From IMG/VR virus record IMGVR_UViG_3300032030_000042: DNA of 64,000 nucleotides; one strand, written 5' to 3'. Positions 31,108 through 41,234 of the stretch are shown one piece after another. The translations under genes and the position numbers were made by a program. This DNA comes from an uncultured virus (IMG/VR IMGVR_UViG_3300032030_000042). Lineage: Duplodnaviria > Heunggongvirae > Uroviricota > Caudoviricetes. The notes beneath the pieces are model-generated. The model did not search any database. It worked only from the letters and a program-made list of their open reading frames with translations, and was not told where the DNA came from. The first letter of the stretch is position 1. Each line of letters opens with the position of its first letter.

Positions 31108-32223
31108 TTAATCTTCCTCAATTCCATTAGACAAACGACGCTTCAATTCCATAAGGTCGTCTTGCATAGAATTTCGGATTTTACGTTGGAGAACGGGCAG
31201 TAACTTATTGTGCTCCTGATACAACCTAAATAATTCCCTTGGGCTGCTCCAAGATAACTTTCCGTTCATAAAAGTAACTTTTTTAGCACCCTCTTTTTTC
31301 AAGATACCATTTTCCAAGGCATACTGAATATCTTCGTCAGAAAGTATAATTCCATAGCCAAGTAGAATACGAATTTCAGTTTTACGACGACTACCAAAAT
31401 CGTTCTTGACTACCTTTACTTCGGTAATCTGAGCAACTTCAACGTCATCTAACTTTTCATGCTTAATTAACTTCAACGAAAGACGAACGGAAGGCAAAAG
31501 TTCTATCCATTCACCGCCAGTAGATTTACGAGTAGTGACACCCATAGTACTTTGTTCATATTGATGATTCAGAATTACAAAATGAATAGTGTGACTATAC
31601 ATTTCAGCAAGTAAACTTTTAGCAAACTTTTTTGCTTCCTTTGCAAACGCCATCATCTTTTCATTCTTCAATTCTATATCTTCTACCTCCGTTCCACGCT
31701 GCAATTCCTTTTCCATACGCTTAGTATTTTCTTCCATAGTATCGAGTTCGGACTTTGAAAGCGTAGCACCAAGGCTGTCCCAAAGGAAAAAGAATTTAGG
31801 CTTAATCTTTTCCTCTTTTAAAATTTCATCCGCATCCATAATAAGTTTCTTAACCTGCATAAACATTGCTTCAACATATTTTACTTTAACAATGATAATG
31901 CGGTCAACTGGAATACCTAATTGCAATGCGTAATCTTTGTTATCGCGATTTTCACTGGAAAGTATAACGGCAACACCATCGTCAGGATTTTCCTTCAAAA
32001 AGGATTTCATTGCCATAAGACCAAGCGTAGTTTTACCAGAACGTGAACGACCAGCAATCTCTATGATTCCTGTTGGTAAACCAAATGTGTGTAAGTTATA
32101 ATTCAGCGACGGACTTCCGGTATCGCACCAACTTTTAATTTCACTAAACCCATCTTTGTCAGAAAACTTAATTACATCCTCCGAATTAAATCTTTCAACA
32201 ATTTTATCAACAAAAGTCTTCAT
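31108..32223 (-). CDS. recA: RecA/UvsX-like recombinase
   Basis: DTGS..LN, IIEIAG.SRSGKTT, FLWDSLGA, STGG, VKVVKN. Confidence 0.88.
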   Translation of the reverse strand: MKTFVDKIVERFNSEDVIKFSDKDGFSEIKSWCDTGSPSLNYNLHTFGLPTGIIEIAGRSRSGKTTLGLMAMKSFLKENPDDGVAVILSSENRDNKDYALQLGIPVDRIIIVKVKYVEAMFMQVKKLIMDADEILKEEKIKPKFFFLWDSLGATLSKSELDTMEENTKRMEKELQRGTEVEDIELKNEKMMAFAKEAKKFAKSLLAEMYSHTIHFVILNHQYEQSTMGVTTRKSTGGEWIELLPSVRLSLKLIKHEKLDDVEVAQITEVKVVKNDFGSRRKTEIRILLGYGIILSDEDIQYALENGILKKEGAKKVTFMNGKLSWSSPRELFRLYQEHNKLLPVLQRKIRNSMQDDLMELKRRLSNGIEED

Positions 32224-32240
32224 ATTTCTTAATTTTATAA

Positions 32241-32274
32241 TAAAAGCCAGTGACTATATTACAAGCCACTGGCT
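32241..32274 (-). terminator. hairpin upstream of recA, loop UUGUAAUAUA
   Basis: AGCCAGTG/CACTGGCT stem plus U tract. Confidence 0.65.
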
Positions 32275-32297
32275 CAACATTATGTCAAACTTTCAAT

Positions 32298-33551
32298 TTA
32301 CTTCTTACCGAGTTTACGTTTGATGTCTTCCAAGGTTACTTTGGCGGGAGCATCGTTCTCGTCATCCTCATCTTCATCATCGTCCTCTGTTTCATCAGCA
32401 TTCTTCAACGCCTTACGGATAGCATCACGGATTTCGTCATCATCCATAGATTTCTTAACGCTTATTTCAAGTTCATTCTCACGAATGTACTTTTTCAACG
32501 CATTTCTGTCCATGTCATCAAACTCATCGCCGTCAGCAGGTTCTTCTTCCTCCTCGTCATCGTCGTCCTCTTCTTCGGGTTCAGGCTCAACTTTCTTTGA
32601 CTTCTTTGCGGTCTTCTTAGCAGGCTTGCTTTCCTCCTCTTCGTCATCGTCGTCATCCTGATTCTTACTTGACTTTTTCACAGTTTTACGTTTTGGCTCG
32701 TCATCATCGTCCTTGGCGTCATACTGCGACTTGATTTCCTCAACGTGCTCCATCCAGTCGTCGTCGTCAAACAAACCAATTTCATTTTCCTCGTCAAAGT
32801 ATTGAAGTCCTTGCAAGGCACGCTCAAAATCGGTAATACTATAAGTCGGGATAACCTCACTCAGCGGTTTCAGACTCATGAAATACTCAATTTCCTCATC
32901 GCTCAAAGGCAAAGCAGTAGGTTTCTTGCCTAGCGAAACATCGTAGAAGTTTTCACCCTTTTTCTTGTTTGGATTCTTCAAATACTTAACGAACACGGGC
33001 ATACCCTCATCTGGGTCGGTGAATGGGTCAACCTCAATTACATCTTCCTCATCCTCGCTCATAGCAAGTTTATTGAGGGCATCGCGGACTTGCTTCTTAA
33101 ACTCCCAAATCTTTGCACGCATCTGCTCATCCTTATTAACGATAGCAGCATAGCAAAGCCAAGAATATGAGGGAGACAAGCCGTCACGTCCGTTAATAGC
33201 ATCAATCTTGGTGCTATCGCCAGAACATTTTTTCTTCGCCCATTTAACGTATTCAGCGACAACGTCAAGTTTAGTTCCGCCATGGACAACTGAATCGTTG
33301 ACACGCATACGCTTCACCTCGCCCTCGTCATTAAGGTACGAAAGCCAATAGCACTTTTGCGGCACATAAAAATCGTCCTGACCTGGATGGGCTGGGAAAA
33401 TACGAATTTTCAAAGTTTTGCCGTCCTCAAGATTGAGATACTCATTTGAACCGCTTGCACCGAGGATATTGTTATCCTCATCGACACGCTTGCGCAGGCT
33501 CTTAATACTCGTCGCTTTCAATTGCGACCTCATGGAATTTTCTTTAGCCAT
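32298..33551 (-). CDS. gp32-like single-stranded DNA-binding protein
   Basis: KIRIFP, DPFTDPDEG, long acidic tail; lies between uvsY and recA. Confidence 0.75.
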   Translation of the reverse strand: MAKENSMRSQLKATSIKSLRKRVDEDNNILGASGSNEYLNLEDGKTLKIRIFPAHPGQDDFYVPQKCYWLSYLNDEGEVKRMRVNDSVVHGGTKLDVVAEYVKWAKKKCSGDSTKIDAINGRDGLSPSYSWLCYAAIVNKDEQMRAKIWEFKKQVRDALNKLAMSEDEEDVIEVDPFTDPDEGMPVFVKYLKNPNKKKGENFYDVSLGKKPTALPLSDEEIEYFMSLKPLSEVIPTYSITDFERALQGLQYFDEENEIGLFDDDDWMEHVEEIKSQYDAKDDDDEPKRKTVKKSSKNQDDDDDEEEESKPAKKTAKKSKKVEPEPEEEDDDDEEEEEPADGDEFDDMDRNALKKYIRENELEISVKKSMDDDEIRDAIRKALKNADETEDDDEDEDDENDAPAKVTLEDIKRKLGKK

Positions 33552-33569
33552 AAATTAAATGATTTGATG

Positions 33570-34091
33570 TTATTTAATAAGTTTCTTACCTTTTTTTACT
33601 AAAACGTTGTTGACCTTTCCTTCCACTAATGATTCAGATAAATCTCCTGGCTGAATAGTTAATGAAAGTTTATTCAACTTTTCGTCTTTTGCTTTCATAG
33701 CCCAGAAAACGCTGTTAAGATAATCACGTGTCTTAACAGTTTCAAAATACTTTTTCTTAATGGTTTGGTAAGCAGGTGAACTAACCATAGCATTATTTAA
33801 AGCATCAACAGTAGGAGCCTTGCCGCCATTTTGTTCTGCAAGTGTAACACGTAATTTTTCCTTTGTTTTTGCCTCAAATACATCCAAAGTAAGTTTTGCT
33901 TCGGAAACGGCTGATTCGGCATCAGCAAGTAGCAAACCAAACTTATTAAGGACTACTGGAAATGTAACCATTTCGCCGATTAAGTTACTGTAATCTATTT
34001 TAAGCAAGTCGTCGAGTTGAATATCCTCGTCAAACTGCTCAAATGATAGACTATAAGTTTCCTTGCCAATATTTACCACGACTTTTGACAT
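33570..34091 (-). CDS. UvsY-like recombination mediator
   Basis: LLKID.SNL...coiled coil...AMKAKDEKL.KLS; synteny with ssb/recA. Confidence 0.6.
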   Translation of the reverse strand: MSKVVVNIGKETYSLSFEQFDEDIQLDDLLKIDYSNLIGEMVTFPVVLNKFGLLLADAESAVSEAKLTLDVFEAKTKEKLRVTLAEQNGGKAPTVDALNNAMVSSPAYQTIKKKYFETVKTRDYLNSVFWAMKAKDEKLNKLSLTIQPGDLSESLVEGKVNNVLVKKGKKLIK

Positions 34092-34708
34092 ACTTCTTCT
34101 ATAATTTGTTTAGTGATTATTTCTCGATGTTTAATATCTTGGTCAACGAACAATTGCGCTAATTTTTCAGTTTCATGCACTTCAACTCCCTTTGGAGCAT
34201 GATTAAAGTTACAGAATATAAAGTCAATAGCGCAATCAAATTCTCTTGCTGATTTCAATAACTCTGCGGCTTCATAATAGAACCTCACACTACCAACTAA
34301 AATTAATACGCTACTATCGTCATTAACACTTTTTAAGAACTCACGCACCTTATAAACAGTATATTTCGCCCAAATTCTTTCACCAAATAGTTCTTTCGCT
34401 CCCTCTCCAATACGAATTAACAAATCACGACCTGTGGCGATATGTGGATAGGCATCATTAGACGTATTCCAATCCTTAATCTTAAAAACATCTTTTTCTT
34501 TCCAATCACGATACTGCTGGCTATTAACATCAACGGAAATACTTTTATCTACTTGACCAAAAGTTAGTATCCTAACAAAATCCCTAATACCGTCGCTGAA
34601 ATCAACGGAAAGCATAGCATCAACGCCATTGGCGGAATTCTTAAATTGCTCTAGAGCGTAATCCTTACCACCATTTTTAGGACCAACAAATGCAATAATT
34701 TTTCTCAT
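34073..34708 (-). CDS. deoxynucleoside monophosphate kinase (T4 gp1-like)
   Basis: IIAFVGPKNGGKD, FSDGIRD, GRDLLIRIGE, IW, SVRFYYE, HETE. Confidence 0.8.
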   Translation of the reverse strand: MRKIIAFVGPKNGGKDYALEQFKNSANGVDAMLSVDFSDGIRDFVRILTFGQVDKSISVDVNSQQYRDWKEKDVFKIKDWNTSNDAYPHIATGRDLLIRIGEGAKELFGERIWAKYTVYKVREFLKSVNDDSSVLILVGSVRFYYEAAELLKSAREFDCAIDFIFCNFNHAPKGVEVHETEKLAQLFVDQDIKHREIITKQIIEEVCQKSW

Positions 34709-34709
34709 A

Positions 34710-35363
34710 TTATAAAGTTCTTACAAAACCTACTAATTCATCTAAGAAAGAATAATTTACTAAATTAGATAACGTTGCCGATTTTTGTAAATCTTGTTTC
34801 AATAAACCAATAGCGTCAATGAGTTTTTCAGTACAATACTCATCGCGTTCCTGGAAAGCGTGGTTTCCTAAACGAACTTCTTCTTTGATAAAAAATAAAA
34901 GTGCAAACCAGTCGCAAACCTTTACAAATTTATGCACTTCTTCACACATACTTCCGGTAACACACGCAAAAAACCTATATTCCTTTTGTGAGTTTTGTAT
35001 ATTATATCCCGTAATTTCTTCTTGTAACTGATGGTCAACATAACTATTTACTATATTACGCAACTTAACGCCATTGAAATCATTGTACTTTGTTTCGTGC
35101 GATAAATCACGTAAAAGAATTGCCTCATCAAAGTCATGCAACAAAGCGGTTTCAATGCAATCTAAACGAAAACGCAATGCCTCATAATCATTAGTATTAC
35201 TTTCTTTAAATAGATAATAAAGTAACAACTGAGCAAACACCGATACTTTGTAAGAATGTTGAGCAACACTTTCCTTCTGAAAAGTAAATCTGTCTTGCCA
35301 TTGATGAATATTATCCAGGCGGTGTAAATATTGCCCATTGTATATTGTACGAAATATTTTCAT
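34710..35363 (-). CDS. HD-domain deoxynucleotide phosphohydrolase (YfbR/DatZ-like)
   Basis: ESVAQHS, ALLHDFDE...D, VKVCD. Confidence 0.85.
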   Translation of the reverse strand: MKIFRTIYNGQYLHRLDNIHQWQDRFTFQKESVAQHSYKVSVFAQLLLYYLFKESNTNDYEALRFRLDCIETALLHDFDEAILLRDLSHETKYNDFNGVKLRNIVNSYVDHQLQEEITGYNIQNSQKEYRFFACVTGSMCEEVHKFVKVCDWFALLFFIKEEVRLGNHAFQERDEYCTEKLIDAIGLLKQDLQKSATLSNLVNYSFLDELVGFVRTL

Positions 35364-37447
35364 TTTTTACGTTCCTCCATTTTTGTAATTTTTTCCTTAT
35401 AATCTGATATTATGTATAACTTTGTAAAATCATCTGAAAACAGAGCGTTTTGATTTCTGAATTTATCCTTTTTGATAACACCACTCACCGCTACTGTATA
35501 TCCCTTTAATTTCTCTACATCATCAATACGTTCATAGGCGTCAGGCCAAAGCGTTACATTCAAAATCGTACTATTACACTCAACGTGTAAACTACACATT
35601 GTGCCATTCTTAATTTTACGTTCCTGGTAATATATCAACTTGCCTGCTATGGTCGCCTTACGTCCTTCTTTTGCTTTACCAAACTCAACATCATCAATAT
35701 ACATTTCAGCAAGTTTCTTATTTGGTATAGCATCACGTAACATATTTTCATAATCAATGTCTCCAAAACCAGTAAGCAATTTTTGCTCTATAATCCAAAA
35801 CGAATTACTGTTTGTAGCCATACCCTGATACTCTGCAGGAAAAACATCGCCCTTACTTTCCAAATAACGTTTCAATAATTGCTTGCGGTCACGTGGATAC
35901 TCAATTCCTTCAATAAGGTCAAACGCTCCAGCAATAATCAACGATTTTACTACAGTTTTATTTACCTTACTAGGAACACGGCTACAGAATTCCTCAAGAG
36001 AAAAGAATTTTCCACCATTTCTGCGTGTTTCAAGTATGTTTTTAACCGCTACCTCTCCACACCGCTTAATATTCCGTAAACTAAAGAATATACGACGCTC
36101 CTTCGGGTCGCAGGTAACATACTCATCTGAGAAGTTGATATCTGGAGGACGTATTTCTATTGGCAAACCTATTTTCTTCATTTCAGCCAGGCGATATGGC
36201 ACCTCGCTTTCCTTACTAAATTGTAATGCCGTTGTCCAAAATTCAAGAGGATAATTTACTTTGAACCACTGGCTCCAATAACTAATCAATGAATATGCAG
36301 CAGCATGTGATTTATTGAAACCATAACCACTGAATGAAAGCAACTTACTCCAAACCGAATCAGCGTACTTTTCAGGCTCTTTAATTCCGTTTTCGGTCAA
36401 TAGTTTTATATATCCTTGCTTAAACTTATCACCAAACGATGAAAGCGTTTTAATATCTTTCTTCTTAATAGTAGTACGCAAAACATCACTTTCTACAGGA
36501 GTTAAACCTCCAACGATAACCGCTTTCATGATTTGTTCCTGATACACATATAAACCCATCGTCGCTTCAGTAATATCTTCCATACCAAAATCGTACTTTG
36601 GTTTCTTTTTTCCTCGCTTCATATCAGCAAAATCCTGATGAGCACCTATATCCATAGGACCAGGACGAAATAAAGCAGTCATAGCAATAAGGTCATCAAG
36701 ACATTCTGGCTTAACTTGCTTGCAGTAATTCATCAATCCTGTAGTGCCAAATTGGAATACATCCTCGCACCAACCCTTACGGAAGAACTTAAATACGTTA
36801 TCGTCGTCCAGCGGTATCTTATTCACATCAATATTTATACCCTCGTCATCATGAATTAACTTTATAATGTTAGCAAATTTATCTAACTGCGAAAGTCCAA
36901 GTATATCTTCTTTAAGAAAACCGCCTTTATCAATATACTTTCCTTCCCACTGCGATACCACCATTCCATCAATCTGCTTTGTAGGCATCCACTCCCAAAT
37001 ATCTATATCTCCATTAGTACCATCAACCTTATGTCGTGGAACAATAACAACCGCCGACGGATGTATGCTTTCCGCTTTCGGCTGCATCATTCCATACTTG
37101 GTTAGCATTATGATTTCAGGATTTTCCTGGACGAACTTATAAAGCGTTTTTGATTCGCAAGCATACCTAAATAAATCACCCCAAGTGTATTCTATCTGGT
37201 CGTCAATTTCTTTTGTAACTTTATTAGTAGTATCGAAGGGAATACCCTTAATTTTACCAAAGTCTTTTATACAAGTCTTCGGCTTCATAGTAGTATAAGT
37301 AGCAATGTTACAAAAGTAATCATAACCATACTTTTGTTGAATATAGTTTTTTACAGCATCACGATGTATTGTCGGGAAATCGCAATCGATATCCGGCATT
37401 TGGTCGCCACGGGAAACTTCTATCTTTTTTATATTCTTTATTTTCAT
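35360..37447 (-). CDS. dnaE: DNA polymerase III alpha (family C), C-terminal part
   Basis: MPDIDCDF, SIHPSAVVI, KEDILGL, VFQF, ALFRPGP, VYQEQIM, YGFNKSHAAAY, OB fold; ATG at 37447 overlaps the endonuclease stop (ATGA). Confidence 0.92.
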   Translation of the reverse strand: MKIKNIKKIEVSRGDQMPDIDCDFPTIHRDAVKNYIQQKYGYDYFCNIATYTTMKPKTCIKDFGKIKGIPFDTTNKVTKEIDDQIEYTWGDLFRYACESKTLYKFVQENPEIIMLTKYGMMQPKAESIHPSAVVIVPRHKVDGTNGDIDIWEWMPTKQIDGMVVSQWEGKYIDKGGFLKEDILGLSQLDKFANIIKLIHDDEGINIDVNKIPLDDDNVFKFFRKGWCEDVFQFGTTGLMNYCKQVKPECLDDLIAMTALFRPGPMDIGAHQDFADMKRGKKKPKYDFGMEDITEATMGLYVYQEQIMKAVIVGGLTPVESDVLRTTIKKKDIKTLSSFGDKFKQGYIKLLTENGIKEPEKYADSVWSKLLSFSGYGFNKSHAAAYSLISYWSQWFKVNYPLEFWTTALQFSKESEVPYRLAEMKKIGLPIEIRPPDINFSDEYVTCDPKERRIFFSLRNIKRCGEVAVKNILETRRNGGKFFSLEEFCSRVPSKVNKTVVKSLIIAGAFDLIEGIEYPRDRKQLLKRYLESKGDVFPAEYQGMATNSNSFWIIEQKLLTGFGDIDYENMLRDAIPNKKLAEMYIDDVEFGKAKEGRKATIAGKLIYYQERKIKNGTMCSLHVECNSTILNVTLWPDAYERIDDVEKLKGYTVAVSGVIKKDKFRNQNALFSDDFTKLYIISDYKEKITKMEERKK

Positions 37448-38220
37448 CTTTTCCTTCTTTTCATTCCATACCAAAATCCTTCTGGCAAAGGACTATCTTT
37501 TAATATAACAGTGTTTATAATTCCGTTAGTTATTCTAACCTTGCCTGTCATTGGATTAACATAATCTCCATTTTTAACATTTTCGAGCATTCGTTTAGAC
37601 ATTCTTTCCTTTTGCTCAGTAGTCCACTTTTTACCATAATTAGGATTTTTCTCGCCATTATACCTACCAGTCATTTTATTAGACAAATTCTTCCTTTGTT
37701 CATCTGTCCAATAATTTCCATAATTAGGATTTTTCTTTCCACTATACCTACCTTTCAACGTCTTTGAAATTCTTTCTTTATAATCTGTATTTTCAAGCAA
37801 CCATTTACGTTTTTCTCTCATTCTTTCCATAATTTCAGGATGCTCACGATACGTCTTTTTCAATGTTTGAACTTGCCTTCTTACAATATCCTTATCAAGC
37901 ATAGGACTACCAGCACCAAATTTATTCGCAGTACCCTTTAATATATTACAACCACCAGCATTTTCTTTATAATACGCTTTTTCCTTACGAATATAAACCT
38001 CTTCTAATTTATCAATTGTAAATTGAGTGCAGTTACCTTGATATAAAATTTCTCTCTTTATTAACTTTTTCCAACATTTAGGATACTTATTTTTTAAAGA
38101 ATTCAAATGATTATTCCAAATAGTACCGCTACCCCAATATCTATCGAAATGATTGCCACTGAATTGACCTACATAAAAAATTCCTGAAGTAAGGATTGTA
38201 AATTTGTATATAATTCTCAT
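37444..38220 (-). CDS. GIY-YIG homing endonuclease with NUMOD3-like repeats
   Basis: IIYKFT....FYVGQ...YWGSG..W; repeated G.KNPNYG..WT.EQ...S. Confidence 0.85.
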   Translation of the reverse strand: MRIIYKFTILTSGIFYVGQFSGNHFDRYWGSGTIWNNHLNSLKNKYPKCWKKLIKREILYQGNCTQFTIDKLEEVYIRKEKAYYKENAGGCNILKGTANKFGAGSPMLDKDIVRRQVQTLKKTYREHPEIMERMREKRKWLLENTDYKERISKTLKGRYSGKKNPNYGNYWTDEQRKNLSNKMTGRYNGEKNPNYGKKWTTEQKERMSKRMLENVKNGDYVNPMTGKVRITNGIINTVILKDSPLPEGFWYGMKRRKR

Positions 38221-39890
38221 TGCATTAATTTTAATTTATCTACATCAACGTCTATAACTGACATATCTAAATCGCAATCAATGTCTATTTCATCACCATT
38301 TATCAACGGCAATTTTTTACCTACCTTTATTTTATATTTTTCTCCGTTTTGTAGTTCAATTTCCCAAAATTTTTCTGGCATAACACGAGTTTCATTCAAA
38401 AAACGCTCAAACAGCAAACCATATTTTATTGGGTCAACATCTGTTATGTAAAGCAAATATGCTACTAAACTACCGCAAACCGAACCACGCCCAGGACCAG
38501 TATTAATATTATTTTCTCTACACCAACGCATAATGTCCCAAAGGATTAAAAAGTAATCACTCAAACCTGCTGGAACAATAACGGAACATTCGGTGCTTAA
38601 ACGCTCCATATATAGATTCATCTTCTTTTTTGAAAAACCCTTCAAGCGTTCTTTAATGCCTATCTCAATTTGCTCAAAGAATAATGCATCTGAATCTGCG
38701 GTATCAAATTTTGGTAACTTACGATTTCCGGCAGGTATCTTGAAATCTACCTTGCTACCAAAATTGTAAGCATTTTCTATGCCCTTTAATATAGTAGCAT
38801 ACAGCGGTTCAACATCCATGAATTCTTCATACGCTTTCATAGTATCATCGAACGACTTGTAATACTGATTCAAACCCTCTGACTCAGCCTTACCTGAAAT
38901 CTTATTCAAAGCAGATTTCAACTCCACCTCTTCAGCATCAAGATAATACGAATCATTTATCAGAATTGGCTTTACTAACTTTTTGTAATCGCAAATATAT
39001 GTATCTAGTTGATGAAGATGTTCTTTAAATACTTTTTGTGAAGCGTACTCAACTGTATCGATTTGGTAATATACCTCATCAAATACATGTTTATACTTCG
39101 CTAACAACTTCACCGCCTCATTACGCTCATCTATAATGTAGTTGAAATAACTTTCTCGTGGTATTACACAGCATAAACCCTCACCGATGGTATAAAGTTC
39201 TTCAGCAGGTATTAAACCATCATACGTGACGTTTATTGCCTTGCTAACTAACAGAAGATTTTTCCACCCCTGATAATTCATCACATACAACTTCAATTCA
39301 AACGTTTCAGGGATTTCTACCTCTGGCGTATAATTTACAGCGACTGTGGCGGTCATTCCTATAATAGGTTTGATGCCTGCCTTTTCACAAGCGGTTTGAA
39401 AACAAAGCGAACCAGCAAGATTATTCTTATCACATATACCAAGTATCGTATGACGCAAAAACTTTGCTTTCTTTACCCAAAGTTCGCAATCACCACTACC
39501 ATTAAGAATTTCATATTCTGAGTGGACGCCTAAATGAGCGAACGGCATAACATCTTCTTCGGTACTGGTACCGATGTACTTGAAGTCATTAAATTCAGGC
39601 TTGAATATAACTTCATTATACTTACTTTTATCTTGCTTAATCGATGAATAATAAAACCGCTTACCAAACTCAAACAAAATATAATCCACTTTCTTTTCAT
39701 CAAGTAAATCAAATTCATCGTCGTTCACAATAAACGAAAAATCACCATCAATGATTTTACCATCAGTTGGTTTAAGATATAGCATCTTACCTAAACCATC
39801 AACATGAATGATATCGGAGCCGTTTATACTTTCCAGCTCCGATACACTCATTTTATTTTCAAATAGCCAACGCTGTAAACTTTCAGTCAT
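38217..39890 (-). CDS. dnaE: DNA polymerase III alpha, N-terminal part (PHP + start of palm)
   Basis: [63 protein letters not shown]. Confidence 0.92.
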   Translation of the reverse strand: MTESLQRWLFENKMSVSELESINGSDIIHVDGLGKMLYLKPTDGKIIDGDFSFIVNDDEFDLLDEKKVDYILFEFGKRFYYSSIKQDKSKYNEVIFKPEFNDFKYIGTSTEEDVMPFAHLGVHSEYEILNGSGDCELWVKKAKFLRHTILGICDKNNLAGSLCFQTACEKAGIKPIIGMTATVAVNYTPEVEIPETFELKLYVMNYQGWKNLLLVSKAINVTYDGLIPAEELYTIGEGLCCVIPRESYFNYIIDERNEAVKLLAKYKHVFDEVYYQIDTVEYASQKVFKEHLHQLDTYICDYKKLVKPILINDSYYLDAEEVELKSALNKISGKAESEGLNQYYKSFDDTMKAYEEFMDVEPLYATILKGIENAYNFGSKVDFKIPAGNRKLPKFDTADSDALFFEQIEIGIKERLKGFSKKKMNLYMERLSTECSVIVPAGLSDYFLILWDIMRWCRENNINTGPGRGSVCGSLVAYLLYITDVDPIKYGLLFERFLNETRVMPEKFWEIELQNGEKYKIKVGKKLPLINGDEIDIDCDLDMSVIDVDVDKLKLMQ

Positions 39891-41125
39891 AATTTACCAA
39901 GATAAGGATGAGAAAAATCTTTCATTCTTATAGCAAAAAAGTTTTGCGCCATTACCTTAACATCCCAAGGAAGTCCGCGATTAACACCCTCGGCATTAGG
40001 AGCAATAACAGTTTCTATAAGATTAATTGCATTCAAACGAATTTCATCCTTCTCCCTAATAGTTTTAACGTTGTGAATTTTACGTTTCACATCCAAATAC
40101 AGCCTGAGTATAAAGTAAACATAATAGAAATATTCAGAATACATAGTTAGTTCCTCAATTTCCTTTTCGTTATCAGTTCCTTCCTTAGCGTACTGAATTA
40201 AATTATCAATAATAATATTCAAAACACTTTCTAATTCACGAAAACGATTAACAGGAACTTCATGGTTAGTAAATACCTCCATGCGCATCGGTTCAGCAAC
40301 GTCATAAATAGTCTGCAATTCATTAACGTTAGAAACTGCTTTCATAGCAGCATACATCTTATCAGCAACGTCATTTAAGTTAGTATAAAGATGAAGCGAC
40401 TGAGAATTATGAGTTTGCGTACCAAGTTCTATACCTAAACACAACGCCATTACTTCAGTAAGAAAACTGAACTGGAAGATATTCGTAGGAAGACCCCAAT
40501 GTAAATCATTGCTGCGATTTGCAATAGTAGTAATTAACTTTCCATTACGTATCTTCAGCATCACAATATCGTTACAAGGTAAATCCTTTGTTTTGTATCC
40601 TAAATCAAAACTCGGATTCCAAATACTCATAACCACTTGGCGTGAATTAGGATTTTCAGTCAAAAGTTTAATTGCATCAAGAACCTGGTCATAACCAGCG
40701 GCAGCGTTCAAACCACTTGCTTCAAAATTATCCTCCGACCTAATACCCCAGTGACGCAAACGAAAACCATATGGAGCGTGAAATACCTTACCATCGTCAC
40801 TATAATCAGACATACGACTATTAAACAATTTAAGAAATTCTACATCTTTACGACCAGTAACAATCCACATTGCTTCAGCAAGGCAAAAGAATACATTCAT
40901 ATTCCTACCTACTACTCCAACGCATCGCTTATATGGGTCGGTAAGAATTGTTTTGAAATCAAGCAATTCCTTTACCTCACCATTACGGCTGTCTGCTGTT
41001 GCGCAATAATCATAAATGTATTGATTCAACCTAGGATATATCTTACTGAAATTATCAGCACGTACTACACCCAATTGCGGCAAACCAATATTTTTGCCCC
41101 TCAAGAATTCACAAATTTCATCCAT
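39887..41125 (-). CDS. thymidylate synthase family protein, probably dUMP hydroxymethylase
   Basis: AEAMWI.TG, YGFRLR, SRQ...[28 protein letters not shown]. Confidence 0.75.
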   Translation of the reverse strand: MDEICEFLRGKNIGLPQLGVVRADNFSKIYPRLNQYIYDYCATADSRNGEVKELLDFKTILTDPYKRCVGVVGRNMNVFFCLAEAMWIVTGRKDVEFLKLFNSRMSDYSDDGKVFHAPYGFRLRHWGIRSEDNFEASGLNAAAGYDQVLDAIKLLTENPNSRQVVMSIWNPSFDLGYKTKDLPCNDIVMLKIRNGKLITTIANRSNDLHWGLPTNIFQFSFLTEVMALCLGIELGTQTHNSQSLHLYTNLNDVADKMYAAMKAVSNVNELQTIYDVAEPMRMEVFTNHEVPVNRFRELESVLNIIIDNLIQYAKEGTDNEKEIEELTMYSEYFYYVYFILRLYLDVKRKIHNVKTIREKDEIRLNAINLIETVIAPNAEGVNRGLPWDVKVMAQNFFAIRMKDFSHPYLGKL

Positions 41126-41180
41126 ATTACGTTATTTTTAATTGTTTTCTTTATATATAAAGTAACTTTGTACCCCTATA

Positions 41181-41210
41181 AAAAAGAAAAGGGGAGAACT
41201 TTGTCTCCCC
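41181..41210 (-). terminator. intrinsic terminator
   Basis: GGGGAGA/TCTCCCC with U tract on the minus strand. Confidence 0.75.
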
Positions 41211-41234
41211 AATTGCAGAACATGAAAACTTTAC

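Noticed and set aside
34710..35363. Z-genome (2-aminoadenine) pathway via a DatZ-like HD enzyme
   Set aside because: No PurZ in the window; the neighbours point to pyrimidine modification
37444..38220. Group I intron carrying the endonuclease
   Set aside because: The three ORFs overlap by ATGA, leaving no non-coding space, and no P7-type core was recognised
37400..38400. Canonical trans-splicing split intein in dnaE
   Set aside because: No N-terminal Cys/Ser block, TxxH, C-terminal His-Asn or +1 Cys/Ser/Thr at either junction
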